A DNA stretch of 63,333 bases, counting the filler, from Choristocarpus tenellus KU-1152 (taxonomy: Eukaryota; Protista; Phaeophyceae): assembly GCA_964200185.2 (NCBI GenBank). It is 12 parts of 12 records of this genome, joined end to end, with 100 filler letters (N's around TTAATTAATTAA, not from the genome) between each part and the next. Parts side by side here need not be neighbours in the genome. Positions count along the whole stretch, not along the records: positions 33,033 to 49,756 come from CAXNAD020000784.1; positions 49,857 to 52,793 come from CAXNAD020023516.1; positions 52,894 to 55,478 come from CAXNAD020026527.1; 9 more parts are not named here. One strand, 5' to 3'. The position numbers were made by a program, and so were the translations under genes. Shown piece by piece: positions 40,801-53,700 of this stretch; the stretch's first letter is position 1; every line of letters starts with the position of its first letter. The notes beneath the pieces were generated by a model. It saw nothing but the letters and a program-made list of their open reading frames with translations, was not told the DNA's origin and made no database searches.

Positions 40801-43800
40801 ATCTCTGACACAGCCATCCCCCTCCCTGCATACTATGTACAATTAACAGTACACACTACTGCAACTACTAGAGAGGTAAAAAACGCCTGTACATAAATTG
40901 TATCACAATAATTAGTATCTTGGAAAAATAAATTTACTGTATTAATGGTACATATTTTGTAACTTCACACACCTTCCACCATTGAACCAAACCCTAATCC
41001 TTACCTCACAAGTAAAAAAAGGACCTAGATTTTTGTTCCATCTATTTCAACTTCCAATCATAAAAAATAAGCTTATGTTCCAGAGCTGAACAATACGCCA
41101 CCAGAGCAGAATCAGAAAACAAAAGAACATAGTGGACAAACAAATCAGGAGTGAAGTAACAAGGCTACACTTACCAACACATATAAACACATACCCTGCC
41201 AAATGCCCCCAAACAGATCCTAGATCCCAACCTTCGGAGAAGTTTGAAAACATACACGATAGTATTTTTTTCCCTTTTAACTCTCCCCTTCCCCTCCCCC
41301 CTCTGTTCTTCTTAGAACCAGAGGAACAGGGTTGAAGGTTTTGCTAAAACTTCCAAGGCGTGAATGGAAGGTGGGGTTAAGTGTTTAGAGCAAAAGTTGA
41401 GACAGCACCTCATCCATGAGCTGCCTGACTGCTCCCATTGCCTCTCCCTTCCTAGAGATCATCAGGTAATGGGTGCCCCTGAAGATCTCTCCCTGGCCCC
41501 TCCTTTCCCAGTCAGGATAGTGGCTCATGCCTTTCAAGGACGGGTCGATACAAACAAAAGAAAATAAATAAATAATAATCTTCCTCTCTTTGGCATCAGT
41601 CAGTTGTACCACTCTAGAGGTAAGTTAATAGATGAACAAGATGGTATCAGAATTTTAGTGTTTTTTTGTGGGGCCCTTCTAATGACCCATTGTGAGGGGT
41701 ACCTGCAAATCTCAGTAGGCCTCTTTATCACTACAAGAACTGATCCCTGTGTGAGGAGATTGCATTTATGTTTGCTAGTCTTCCAGGAGCAAACTACCCT
41801 GCAATTTTTTTGAACTCATAGCGCTGAAGAGATGAAGCAACTGCCAATACTGGTACGAATTGTGTTGATGATAGGACCATTGGAGCTTACATACCACTAT
41901 TGGAGGCTACATACCACTATTGGAGGCTACATACCACTATTGGAGGCTACATACCACTGAGAGATAGAGTAGGAAAGGAAGGGGGGGGGGGGGAATGGAC
42001 AAAGGTACAGAAAAAGTGAAGATATTAATGTTAAAAAATTCTACCCCGAGGGTTGGCCCTTGCTGATCACAGGGCAAACATCACATTAAAAAAATATTTC
42101 AAAAAAATTCAACGTAACAATTACCACATTATGTATAGTGTCTTGGTGAACCAAAGGTAACTAAAGGTAACTAAAAGACTGATGAGAACAGGTTAAATTG
42201 AATTGAAATCTCTTCATGCTCTCAATTCAAAATCGAGATGTACACAGAGGACATCAAACTGAGGCAAAAGGACTGCACCAACAATCAGAATGCCTTATCC
42301 ACACTAATCAACAGACTCCAGAAGCACCCCTCCAAATTTTGGTTTAGATGATGAATTGCGATTTTTTTATATCGGGTTGTTGATGAGCAATCAATTCATC
42401 TAATCAAAATCAAAGGCTGAAAATACTCGAGTTGATTTTTTTTTTGTATTGCAAATCGCAGAATTGTGCTATTCAAGTTTTTTGGGGGGGAGGTTCCTTC
42501 AGACTGATGTGAAAGAAAAATAAATAAGACAAATACAGGAATAACAATGTCGATATAATAATAATAAAAATAGTAACTTTTTCATAGTAGCAAAATCTGC
42601 CATTCCAAGCATGATTAAATATTACCAGTCCTGATTATTTCTTCTTCCCCAAGTGTGCCTTAGAGTGAGCGGCCTTTCAGCTCCAGATGTTGAAGCAACT
42701 CTTGACTGGTCATCCCTAGTTGACTACAGAGCCATCTACAGAGCATCTATAGAGGGAATCCACCTACTTCCTAGAGATTTGTAACCTCAGCAACATATCA
42801 TACAAAATACTATCAAAATATACAAAATCCCCGCCCTGTTAGAGCTGTTCTTGAAGCAAACATGTGCATATCATCATGTTTATACTGTGTATCAAAATAT
42901 ACATCATTATTTCGATGTACCTCCCCCCTGGGATTGTTTGTGTTATCTAAAATAGTACCAAGTAAACTCAATTTACCGCTGTCTGTCTCGTTCAGAGCCT
43001 CCCCTACACCCCTCTGGTCCTCTGTGAGCAGCCTACGGTGTGTCAATAGCTCAAGATGACCATCAGACAGCGAGGAAGCACCTTGAGCCCTATCAGTGAG
43101 TACAGTCAGCTAATCCCAGAACATATATATTGAGAAAAAAAGGGTATTGGTTTGAGGACAGGAGTGGGCTGAGTCAATGGTAGTAGCTATGTCATTAAGG
43201 GTAGGTATAGGTCAAGGTTCAACAAAAACCACAACAAAAAACTGTTGTCAAGATACAGCCATCTCAACAGTTACCACATGCAATTGTCAGTTGTCATACC
43301 CCCCCCCATCCCCCTTCCCTTCTACCTGTATCACCAGTAGTGGGTTTTTGCACTGCTCCCTATAAAAAAAGGCTTTTGTCAAACAGGGGTTTGAACCCAT
43401 CAAAATCAAAACCATACAGAGAACAGCACAGCAGTTCTATAGCGGTTCTATTCTATTACTGCTTACAACAGGTAGTACCTAACCCTAACAACTGCCCTAA
43501 CCCTAACCAGCCACCCATGTACATAGATTTCATTTGGAGGTACCTCCAACTGCACATCTATAAAAACAAAAACATAAAACAACAGACCCCCCCCCCCCCC
43601 AAAAAAGGACAATCCAAGGAACACTAACACTAACCCATTCCACAAGAGGACTCCAGCGACCTTGCAAGTTCTCAAGAGCATCGATCCACTCTCTGCCCCA
43701 CAACAAATCCACCCACCTGCACCCCACTCCTCTGCCTCCCTCCGCTGTTGAACACATCCCCCATATCCTCACACATATCACACACATCCTGCACAAACGC

Positions 43801-46800
43801 TGCTACCGTCACAGGGTAGAAATTGCCCGCCACCGGCTGGGAAAGCTTCAGATCGGCATCCTGATCCAACCCTGTATCTCTCACTTTCACTGATGGAACG
43901 CGTCCCCTAACCCTTTGCTGAAACTCACGGCCATTGGAATCAGTGTAGAAGATTCCCTCGGAGGCTAGGCCAGGGACTGAGAATCGAGAGACGACCTCCT
44001 TACCCAAGTCGGTCCGTTCCTCTTTCCTTCCTTCCTTGTAGAGGTTGTCCTTATGCTCGTATTGTCCTCGATCGTCGCTGTTCTCGGTCCGGTCCCTGAC
44101 CTTGCTCTCCCTCAAACCATTGCACCCGTCCATACCTTTCAGCTTTTCGCCATGAAGGGACTGTGGAGGCGAGACAGGTACAGGACCCACGGTCCACTCC
44201 AACTCTACATGTCGGGAGCCCTTGCGAAGGCGTACGGTTTGCGTCACCCAATCAGAGAACACCTGGTCAGGGGAGAGGTAAGTGGAGTGGAGGGTGGGGG
44301 AGCAGAAGGAAAACTGCTCTTGCTTCATACAAGTAGCCCGCCATACCACCTCCTATCAACTCCTTCAAATCCCTAACAATTGTGGAAAACAGGCTTCTTG
44401 TTATACTGTTATTGCCGTATGCCATACACCATCATACCAATTAACGATATTTGCTGAGAACTTCGGTTCAACTGGGCGGAGGATCTTCGCAGGGATAGAT
44501 TTCCGTGTCTTCCTGTAACTTCTCTTCATGAGCGCGTTTTTCCGAAGGCAGATCTCCCATCTCTGAAAGGTTTCAGAAATGAAACCCACCCGAACCTTGA
44601 TCCTCCCCACTTTTCCCTGCAGTTCCTTTCAATCTTGCGCTTGTCCAACCTTAACCTCGTACTCTTGGTTACAGTTTCGTCTTTGTCCGTCTTGCCCGGT
44701 GATTCTCTTCAACATCCTTGCCTGAGTGAGCCATGCTGCCACAGAATCACACGATTCACATTTTGGTGACACCGGTGAACTCAGAGATAGGGCGACGTGT
44801 GTTTGGTACATTTTTTGCTTGACCTCGGACCAAACATGCCAGCTGCAATATCAACAAGAAAACGTCGTTGACATGAACGCCTGGTCGGACACCTCGAAGA
44901 ATCAAGAAAGGCAGATGAACAGGTTCATGAAAACAAATCAGTAGAAGGCATACAGACTCCTCAACAGACCATGATACCAATTCGTTGAGTCACTCATCCA
45001 TGTTGCCTAACAATGCAAGAATGATGAATTGTAGACGAGTTTCCACCCCATCTTCCCCAGATCGTTGATCGTTGATCGTTGTCAAACAGGAACCACGTTG
45101 TCGACCCTCAAGCATCATGTCAGCTCGGGTGACCGTGACACTCATTGTGTCCTCTTCCAGGACAGTCTTGTCTCTTTCCCACATTGAACTGCTTGTGAAG
45201 CGATCACTTCACAGGCACAGTTTGGCGATGCTCTTCCAGCGTACATTGTTCACGGTTGCCATGACCACGCACTGTCTCGAGGCCACTTGGGTTTCAAATC
45301 CATGTTCGTACATGGTGCTGTGATTGTCAGGCATGACAAATATGGAAGACTGCTGCTAACGAAGCTACGCTTCCCACTGGCCATATGCCCATGGACAGAC
45401 TATTTCAACGTGTTGCTATTGATTTGGTAGAGTACAAAACACGTTCCCCAGCAGCAAATGGTGTGGTGTACTTGTATGTGTTGCCTGCCATTGATCACCT
45501 CACTCGTTTTGTTGTGCTGAGCCCTGTTCCAAATAAAGGGGCCGCAACAATCGCTCGTATACTGATAGAACGGGTATTTTCAATTTTCGGCCCACCTGAG
45601 TTGCTAAACTCCCATCAAGGAACCAAATTTCAGAACAGTATCGTTGCAGAGTTGCAGTCTGTCTTTAGTTACCAGAAAACCCCCCAAAACACCAAATCAC
45701 CCCCAAGGAAATTCTGTCTTAGAGAGAGTACATGAAACGTTGCATTCTACGCTCGTCAATGTAAATCTCTGTTGCTGAGGATACCTGGGCATTGTTACTG
45801 CCTTTCGTACAGTTAGCCCACAACACAGCATTCAGTGCAAAGTTGCATAAACCCCCTTTTTCCTTCTGTTTGGAAGACAAGCTTGTTTACCTGTTGATAT
45901 TATCCTTCCTTTTTTTTAATGGTGATTCAGATGTCACTACTGAAGAGTTTACTCAGCAAACCAAAGATAATTTACAGCTTGCTTTTGAGTTGGCACATCA
46001 TAACCTCCATGAACACGTTAAAAATCAGGAGCGTGCCAACCAACGTCTCGTGTTCCCCGTTTTCGTACCTGGTGATCAAGTTCTAGTCCATAGGGCACAT
46101 GAGAGTACTGATGGTCTGAATCCAAAGTTACTTCACCCTTGGAGGGGTCCTTATGAAGTACATTATAAGCTAATACCCATCGTATACAGGCTAGTACTAC
46201 CTGGAAACCCACGTCCATTTTCTGTTCATCTGGGTAGAATGAAGCATTACTATCCTCAAGTCCAACCTTCCACACCAGATTTGAATGAAGTTGAATGAAC
46301 TGGATTATTTGTTTCTGGAAAAACCATTATCAGTACTGGATATAGGCCAAACATCTCAGCCCGTTATTGACCAGTACACTATTGATAACACTGTTGGACA
46401 CAGACCTGGTCCTGGTCATGGATCATCCACTAATGTTATCTACCGCCTTCATCTCTGTGGCTATGGACCATCTTGTGATCTTCACAAAAGAACAACAGAT
46501 CCCACAACTCTGTGAAATGATTGCAGCTTATCATGTAGTAAATGGATTGGATAACCAGTAAAATTCTCATCCCATACATTGTTCACTTGAGAATTTGTAA
46601 TTACTGTTACCATATATTCCTTTGCATAGTCAGCATATCATAATTGCCGTAATATTGTAACCTACTGTTTCAGCAAAGAGATTGTTGTATGTATGTGCAG
46701 CACAGATCGTTGCCATTTTTTTTTTTTGACGTGTGTGTCTTGGCCCAGATCTTGTGTTACCCACATACCGTAATCCTTTACATTGGTTGACCATCTAACT

Positions 46801-49634
46801 TAGACAGATTGTTTGTATGTCACATCATAGATGGATATAGTCTATCGTTTTGGAAGATTAGATAACTGGTAACAGATGTCAGTTAACATATTCATGGCCA
46901 TCTCTGACTTGACATCTCGTGTTTGACCAGGTTTATCAATCCTTGCAAATAGATTACACATATGTTGGTGGCATCTAGTTTAATTAATATAAAATTAATT
47001 TTATCTCTCAACTCTCCTCGTTTGCATGAGTGGACACATGTGGTGGTGAAGAGACCGTTATCACCGGGCACATATATTAGCACGCTTGTGCTAGAGGTGA
47101 CTGTTCAATACATCATTCAACGTTTTCATGAAGTAGATTTATTGATCATGAAATGACTAACCTCATAAAATACATTAAAGTCTACCACTAGGTAAGAGAT
47201 GGAGACTTCAGGTGAGTCACACATGTTATTTTATTTTATTTTCGAGTGGCATGATCCCCCCGACATGATGTAGTGAATGTACAGTCACCCCGTATCGTTT
47301 ATGGAGAGTTGAGCCACCAACATCATACGTCCGAGTTGTCCACTTGGAATAATGTTGTCATCGTGAGCATTATTCTAACCATTGTAACAATATTCTAATC
47401 ATTGTAAACAATATTCCAATCAATGTAAACAATATTTCAATCATTGTCAGAATGGGGAAGGAGAATGGGTGCACACATTTGGTCTCGTTGTCTGCTGTGT
47501 TGATATTGATCATGTAACACACACTTTCGTTTTCATGCAGCAGAGTATTGATCGAAATCATCGTATAACACCCGTATAGCAATGCCATATCACAAACCCT
47601 AACCCTAACTGTTGACATTGTATAGCATATGCTCCTCGTGTCCTCATTCAAGTTAGGGCTAGGGTTAGTATCCACTGTCTACTCAACTTACTAGAGACCT
47701 ATATCCTGGCCACATACCATCAACCTCAGGCTAGTGATATCCTGATCAGATATTCAGCAATGCTTCAATTATATATTACAATTCATATTGTATTAATAGA
47801 GTTGTGTAATCAAAATGGCACAATAGTATTCTAACAGTCACACATGTTTCCCATTTTTCTCCCGGAGCTCACTTTTTGGTTGACCTTGAACCATGTTTAA
47901 ACGGCTCCAAGGCCGATATTGTGGGGGGGTGATGTGGAAAGCAGGTTTGTCTATTGTTACATAGATATTGCTGTATGACATATACCGTCATAGAGATTTA
48001 GGTTGTCTGAGAACTTCAGTTCAACTGTGTGTAGGATCTTCAGAGAGATAGATTTCTGTGCCTTCCAATAATGTCTCCTTATGAATACTTTATTCCGACG
48101 GATCTCCATCTCTTAAGGGTTTCTTTTCTGAAACCCATCCGAACTGTGATCCCCACTTCTTCAGCTCCCCATTTTTTCATGCATTCCTTTCAGTCTTGCA
48201 CCTGTCCAACCTCAACCTTGTCCTCTCGGTTACAGTTTGTCTTCACCCATCTGGTCCGTATTACCCAGTGGTTCTCTTCAGCACCCTTGCTTGAGCGAAC
48301 CACGTTGCCACAGAATCACACGATTCACAAAAATATTTTCTTCTTTCTAACAGGGGGTGCAGTAGGCATATCAACTATCACAACCTATTGTAAGCTCTCT
48401 CATCCCAGTTCTCACAAAACAAGAGACTCACCTGAACCACCTCGGAAACCAAAGAACCTTCTGTCACCCTCCAGTTCTTGAGCACCAGCCCCTCACCATC
48501 CCCTCCCATCCCACCCTCCCTATCACCGTGCCCCTCTTCTGTTCCAACAGGCAGAGGCTGCATATCAGGATGCTCAGGACGGAGTATGTATGCCCCACCC
48601 TCCTGATCTCCACTGGACCCACTCCCCTCTGATAGCAATCTTGTGGGCAGCTCAGGATGGAGTAAGGCTGCAGTTACTCCGGCTGACCCTGATGTCACCT
48701 GAGTAGACCCACTGCAAACAGCAGACTCTGCAGGTAATGATGAACCATGACCAGTAGAACTTTCCCCCTTAAATGTTGGGTAATAGTACCAGCCCTGGTT
48801 TACCTCTACCTCCAAGGGACCGTACTCAGACCCTGCCTCGACTCCTGTCTTGGACCTGGAACTGCAGTCATGGAACCTCTTCAGCTGTCCTGTTTCTCCA
48901 TCAAAGACTAGGGTGATAACTCCATTTGTGATGTTGAAGTCTTTCTGCTTGGATTTGGGGTATAAGGTAACCCCATTTGAAGTTCGCCCTGAGTCTCGGT
49001 CCAGGTCTGGTTCTGAACCCTGGAAGGAAACAAGGTCTGGACCTCTACTGATACCCAAGCCCGATCCTGCCCTGAAGACATCCTCAGTCCCAGAGTTGGT
49101 GCCAGCAACAATATCACTTTCAAGCACCCCCAATTTGTCTGTCATCCTCTCATGTTTGCCCCTTCTCAGGTTGCCGGAAACCCTTTCGAGCAATCCTTTT
49201 TTTCGTTCAGAGTATACTTCTTTTAACACCCCCTCAGAACCTGTGTTTGTATCCCCTTGGAAAGGCACCTTCACAAGAGTGGTGTCCCCTTCACCCTCTA
49301 AAAATGGTGTCTTCAGGAACTGGGAGGACTGAGGGGGAGGTGGAGATCCCTTCACAACACGCAAAACACTGATTCCAAGGGGACCTGTCTTTACAGGAAC
49401 AACCAGGGTATATCCTCCTCCCCTCTTGAGCTTGCTGTACAGTCTTTCATCACCGACAGTTTCACTCTTAATTGTTCCTGGGATAGGGGCTGGGGCTGGC
49501 AGGACTTGAGATTCTACACTCCTCCCAGAGGCATCAGTTACTGTCACGTTGGACCATGAGATGGGAATGTCCAGGTAACCATGGCGGGGGTAGGGTAAGG
49601 GGTTGTATGCCACTGCCAGGAAGCCCGTCTTGGC
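37891..49634 (-). CDS. GH38 alpha-mannosidase (lysosomal/vacuolar type), C-terminal half in six exons; catalytic N-terminal part missing
   Basis: Exons 49634-48432, 44262-43717, 43109-42977, 41530-41409, 39827-39378 and 38316-37891, all GT-AG and phase-consistent. Motifs: [100 protein letters not shown]. Confidence 0.93.
41888..41958 (+). repeat. Perfect 20-bp tandem repeat (TACATACCACTATTGGAGGC x3.5) in a mannosidase intron
   Basis: Read directly from the sequence. Confidence 0.9.
44381..48329 (+). mobile_element. Degenerate, internally deleted Ty3/Gypsy LTR retrotransposon in an alpha-mannosidase intron, antisense to the host gene
   Basis: LTRs at 44381-44760 and 47933-48329 (TGTGG...TCACA). 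PBS-like TGGTGACACCGG at about 44764. G-rich PPT GGGGGGGTGA just before 47933. Flanks ACAAT/AAAAT fit a 5-bp TSD with one mismatch. Frameshifted integrase inside. Confidence 0.85.
45385..46560 (+). pseudogene. Gypsy integrase with a chromodomain-like tail, frameshifted
   Basis: [67 protein letters not shown], then [10 protein letters not shown]...[10 protein letters not shown], spread over several frames. Confidence 0.85.
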
Positions 49635-49856
49635 CTGGGTGTATGGTCGAGGCATAATTGGGACAAAGGACGGAGGGAAGGCATCTCAGAAAGTGCTTGT
49701 TATATAGGGGTCGTAGGAGAGGGGAAGGGAGAGGGGGGGAGTGCAGACGAGAAATGNNNNNNNNNNNNNNNNNNNNNNNNNNNNNNNNNNNNNNNNNNNN
49801 TTAATTAATTAANNNNNNNNNNNNNNNNNNNNNNNNNNNNNNNNNNNNNNNNNNNN

Positions 49857-51662
49857 GTTCGGGGGGGGGGGGGGGGGGAAGGTGCGCCTGCCCTGTGCAA
49901 GACTTGAAGTGCCGCCGCCGTTGCTGGATATCACGGAGATGCAGCGACTTTTTCTTGAGCACAGAGAGGAGGTTGAACGCCTGAGGAACGGCAAAGTCCG
50001 TACGGGTGTAGCCGGAGATGTAGGGGGGGCTACCGGGCAATGTAAGGAAGACAGATCTGTAGGAGAGGCCGGAGCGGAGGTTGAGTCGATTAAATGTCCT
50101 CAGAAGGCGTTGTGCACATCAGCTTTGGATTTTCTGGAGAAGGCATGGATGAGGGCGCAGGCTATGGAGGTGTTGCTGTGGGACCCTGTTTCGGGCTTGT
50201 GGAGGGATTTATACATAGAGACAGGTGTGGAAGTGTGAAGGGTAGGGGAAGGGAAAGAGATGATGTCTGACCAAAGGCATTGACACCTTTGGGGGGGGGA
50301 GGAGTGGGGGAATACATGTGCTGGGAAGGCGTGTTTGCCTACATCAACAAGAAGAAATATTGAGGAAAATGTGATTTGAAAAATTGATATGTTGTATATA
50401 TGTGGATCTATGTCACTGACCAAGTGAGTTCTCTGTTTTCCAGCAAGCACCGCAACAAATTGTATCAAGAAAAAAATATATCCCCACCAACACCAACACC
50501 AACACCAACACCAACAACACAATCGTTGAGGATCCCATGCCCAGTTCTGAAGAGACTGAAAACATATCCGTTCTTCAAGTGGTTTCAATCTGCTTCTGTG
50601 ATCACACCCTTTGGAAATGTAGAGCACATGAGGTGTTGTTGTGCCATTATGTGTTCTGTCCCAGATTGCAGATGAATTTGACCATCTTTCAAAGCTCCCC
50701 TTGCCTCACCCCTATCCATACTGCTAACATCTTGATGTGTGTACGTGTGTGCTAATACTCTGTGGTGCTACAGGCAAACAATCCCCTTCTGTAACACCTG
50801 CTGGCTACATCCCTCTGTGGGCTGGGCTTCCATGGCCAGGGCCCAATGTTGGATCTCGTCTGGCTGCTTGTGTTGAGTCTTTGAAGGGGAGTGGGCTAAT
50901 CCTCCCAGGGGGTGTGAAGACCTCTACAGCAGTGAGTGGCCCTTGCTTTATCTCTTGGGAGTTGAGGGCAGGTGTACGGGTGAGAGAAGCAAAAGCATTA
51001 CCATACACAACTTAGTTACCTGATAGGTTTATAGTTGATTGGGATTCACTATCATTTCGATTTTTGCTGAATATTTTCAGGGTCGTATGGAGGAAGTATT
51101 ATGAGTACATTTTCAGCAGCAGAGTAGCGACTTGGAGGGTGTGTGTCCACATCCCACTTCAGCTGTAACTATACATTGCTGTGTGACCTCTCTTGAATGT
51201 GCTGCGTAGATTGAAACAGGTCAGCAGTGGGACTCCAACAACGCTTGGCCGCCCCTTCAGTGGCTCATCATCCGTGGCCTCCGCCTTGCTGCCACCGGTG
51301 CTGAGACCAAGACCAGTGCAGCAGGGGCCCTGATGGCTGGCTCTGTGGCCAGCACCATGTCAAATACTGCTGTTGGTGCAGAGATGGGGACATTGGAAGG
51401 GGCTGGAGGTGGAGGCTCCTCACTTGATCATGAAGATTCAGAGGGCCTGAAGGCAGTTTCAGGTGGGTGGGGTGCTTCGGAGGCTGGAGTGGCAATCACA
51501 CCACAGGTGGTGCTCGAGGCGTTGTCAATCGCGGAGGAGGTGGAGTTGTCGTGGCTGGAGGCGGGGCGTCACGGTTGGGAGAGGACTGGGGTGATGTTTG
51601 AGAAATATGATGCGAGCAGGGAGGAGGGCAGGGGAGGGGGAGGGGGGGAATATGATGTGCAG
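49857..51662 (+). CDS. Trehalase (GH37), three exons from the C-terminal region; partial at both ends
   Basis: Exons <49857-50224 (phase 1), 50774-50931 and 51210-51662. Motifs: LWDPVSGLWRDL, YIPLWAG, GLILPGGVKTS, TGQQWDSNNAWPPLQW, VMFEKYDA, GGGGEYDVQ. I did not find the final GFGWTNG exon before the gap. Confidence 0.92.
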
Positions 51663-52188
51663 GTATGATGATGGTGTTGACAGGGTGAGGATGACAACGA
51701 AAAGGCTTCCTGTTTTGATGAAGTCTTTGTTTTTCGTGCAGTGCAATGTTCTTTGTGAGTATTGACAATAGTGTAGACATATTTTTTTTGCCACTTTTTT
51801 TTTTTTTAAGTATTTTGTGTAGGTGCAGGATCAGGAGAGAGAGATGCCACGCGCTCACCAAGAGGCGAGTCTATTTTTTCAGATGGAGAACCGAAGCTAT
51901 CTTTTTGCTGACTCTATGTTGTTTTTAGTGGTGGGGTGAGAGGGAGGAGCTTGTTGTTGTTGTACATTATCAACATTTGGGAGACTGTTGCAACCACCAG
52001 GAGGCTCAGACTGATGTGTATATCGCAATCTCCTTATCTCTACTTGTACTTGCTTGTACAGTCAACATAGAAGAATCCTTGGGCAGCGTATTCTTAGTGT
52101 GGAGCCCTTTGCTCAGACTAACACTTACACTATGAGTGTGACACATGCACGTGCGCGCGCCCGCACACGCACACGCACACACATGTAG

Positions 52189-52425
52189 ATTGTTTCTCAA
52201 ATTGTTGAAGGGCTTGAGCATGACAGTGTATGGCGTTATTTGAATGACTCTAAATTGGGAAGTAAGGTTATATGGGAGCACGTCAGTAAGGATATTGTAT
52301 ATTCAAAGAGAGGATATCTTTTATTTGATTATTCAGTTCATGACAAAAGTGCTAGTATAAAAATAGAAATAACAAGATGGCAGTATTCAGGTACAACGCA
52401 TGATACAGTAATGGGAATAGGCTTG
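52189..52425 (+). mobile_element. N-terminal fragment resembling an IS701-family DDE transposase
   Basis: Stop-free VEGLEHDSVWRYLNDSKLGSKVIWEHVSKDIVYSKRGYLLFDYSVHDKSASIKIEITRWQYSGTTHDTVMGIG. It follows the IS701-type pattern HD..RYL..KL...lWE.V...GYllFDDtVlDK..s.kIE..R.QYSG..H....GIG, recalled from memory rather than searched. Confidence 0.7.
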
Positions 52426-52727
52426 TGTTGTGGTGTCATCCGTGCTGAACTCAGAGCAATCCCAAGATTCATACTTGCAATTTGAAAATAATCTAGATTA
52501 TATTTGAGGGGATAAGGACTTTGTTGGGCAGATGCCAACCTGTTTGCTTCTAGAAAATGCAAAATATCTGCTAGAATCAATTATTGGAAAAAAAAAACAA
52601 AAAACACTTCGCTTTCTACAACACCTTCATCTTAGTTTTTGTTTTGGCGTGTGACCCCTCATAGTGCCCCCAAGCTTTTGTCCAGAAGCTACCTTTTTTG
52701 AGGCGAGGCATCCTTTGTATCCCCCCC

Positions 52728-52763
<36 letters not shown>

Positions 52764-53149
52764 CCCCCCCCCCCCCCCCCCACACTCTCCTCCNNNNNNN
52801 NNNNNNNNNNNNNNNNNNNNNNNNNNNNNNNNNNNNNTTAATTAATTAANNNNNNNNNNNNNNNNNNNNNNNNNNNNNNNNNNNNNNNNNNNNACCCAAA
52901 ATTGACTGGGATAAAAAAAAAACACACTTACACTTTAGTCAATTTTGGGTCAAGCCCATCCTCAATGAAAAGCTCCATCCTCAATTTTTGAAATCGGCTG
53001 TTATTTTGAGTGGCTTTTCTTGACCTACTTCTTCCGCCCTCAACTTCAAGATCAACCACTGACCAATATACCTTATTTGCTCTTTGATCATTACATTCAA
53101 TAATTTGAACTGCTTCTTGTGAGACCCCATACAACTTAGCTAGGTTCTT

Positions 53150-53700
53150 TCTTCTCCAGATCATGTTCCGTATCACTCTTTTCAGTATCTTGTTTACCCT
53201 CTCTGCGTTCTGAGGCCTATAGGGGAAGATTATAACCCCAACCTTTCCTTTTCTCTGCGATATTTTCTGACCGTAAGATTTCGTTTTGTCAAAACTAGGC
53301 TTAATGCCTTACGGCAAGCTCCGATCTATAGAATCATCCTTGACTTAGTAGTGCTTATTTGATACTGCTTGCAATACAGTACTGGGATTGATTATGTTTT
53401 ATACTCATCAATAGCATTGGCAGGATTTGCTTTTTCTACACCTTTGCTACTCCAATCTTTTTTACTGCAGCAACACTACTACCTATCAGCTCCGGCTTCT
53501 ACACCACAGATACCAGGGCATCTAAGACCTGATGGGTACAGTCTTGACAGCATTATAGCTCCAGCAGCTTGATTCCAACCATAGCCATCACGATCATGAA
53601 GTGCGACTGCATGGTTAGTAGTGTCCTGCATAGCGTTACTGAACCTCTTCACTTGTTTGGTCAACATTCAGATAATCTCCAGCTCGTCTTTGTACTAAGT
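53150..53700 (-). pseudogene. Highly decayed Gypsy integrase remnant
   Basis: Zn-binding-like CRTLLTMQSHF...IKLL..CCQDC and core-like FPYRPQNAERVNKILK, with many stops. Confidence 0.45.

Noticed and set aside
48850-49332. 160-aa plus-strand ORF and similar ORFs at 44053 and 50100
   Set aside because: These are antisense shadows overlapping the mannosidase and trehalase genes.
37891-51662. Divergent alpha-mannosidase/trehalase carbohydrate gene cluster
   Set aside because: The two genes are on different contigs separated by an artificial linker, and both lack their 5' halves, so the true distance and adjacency are unknown.
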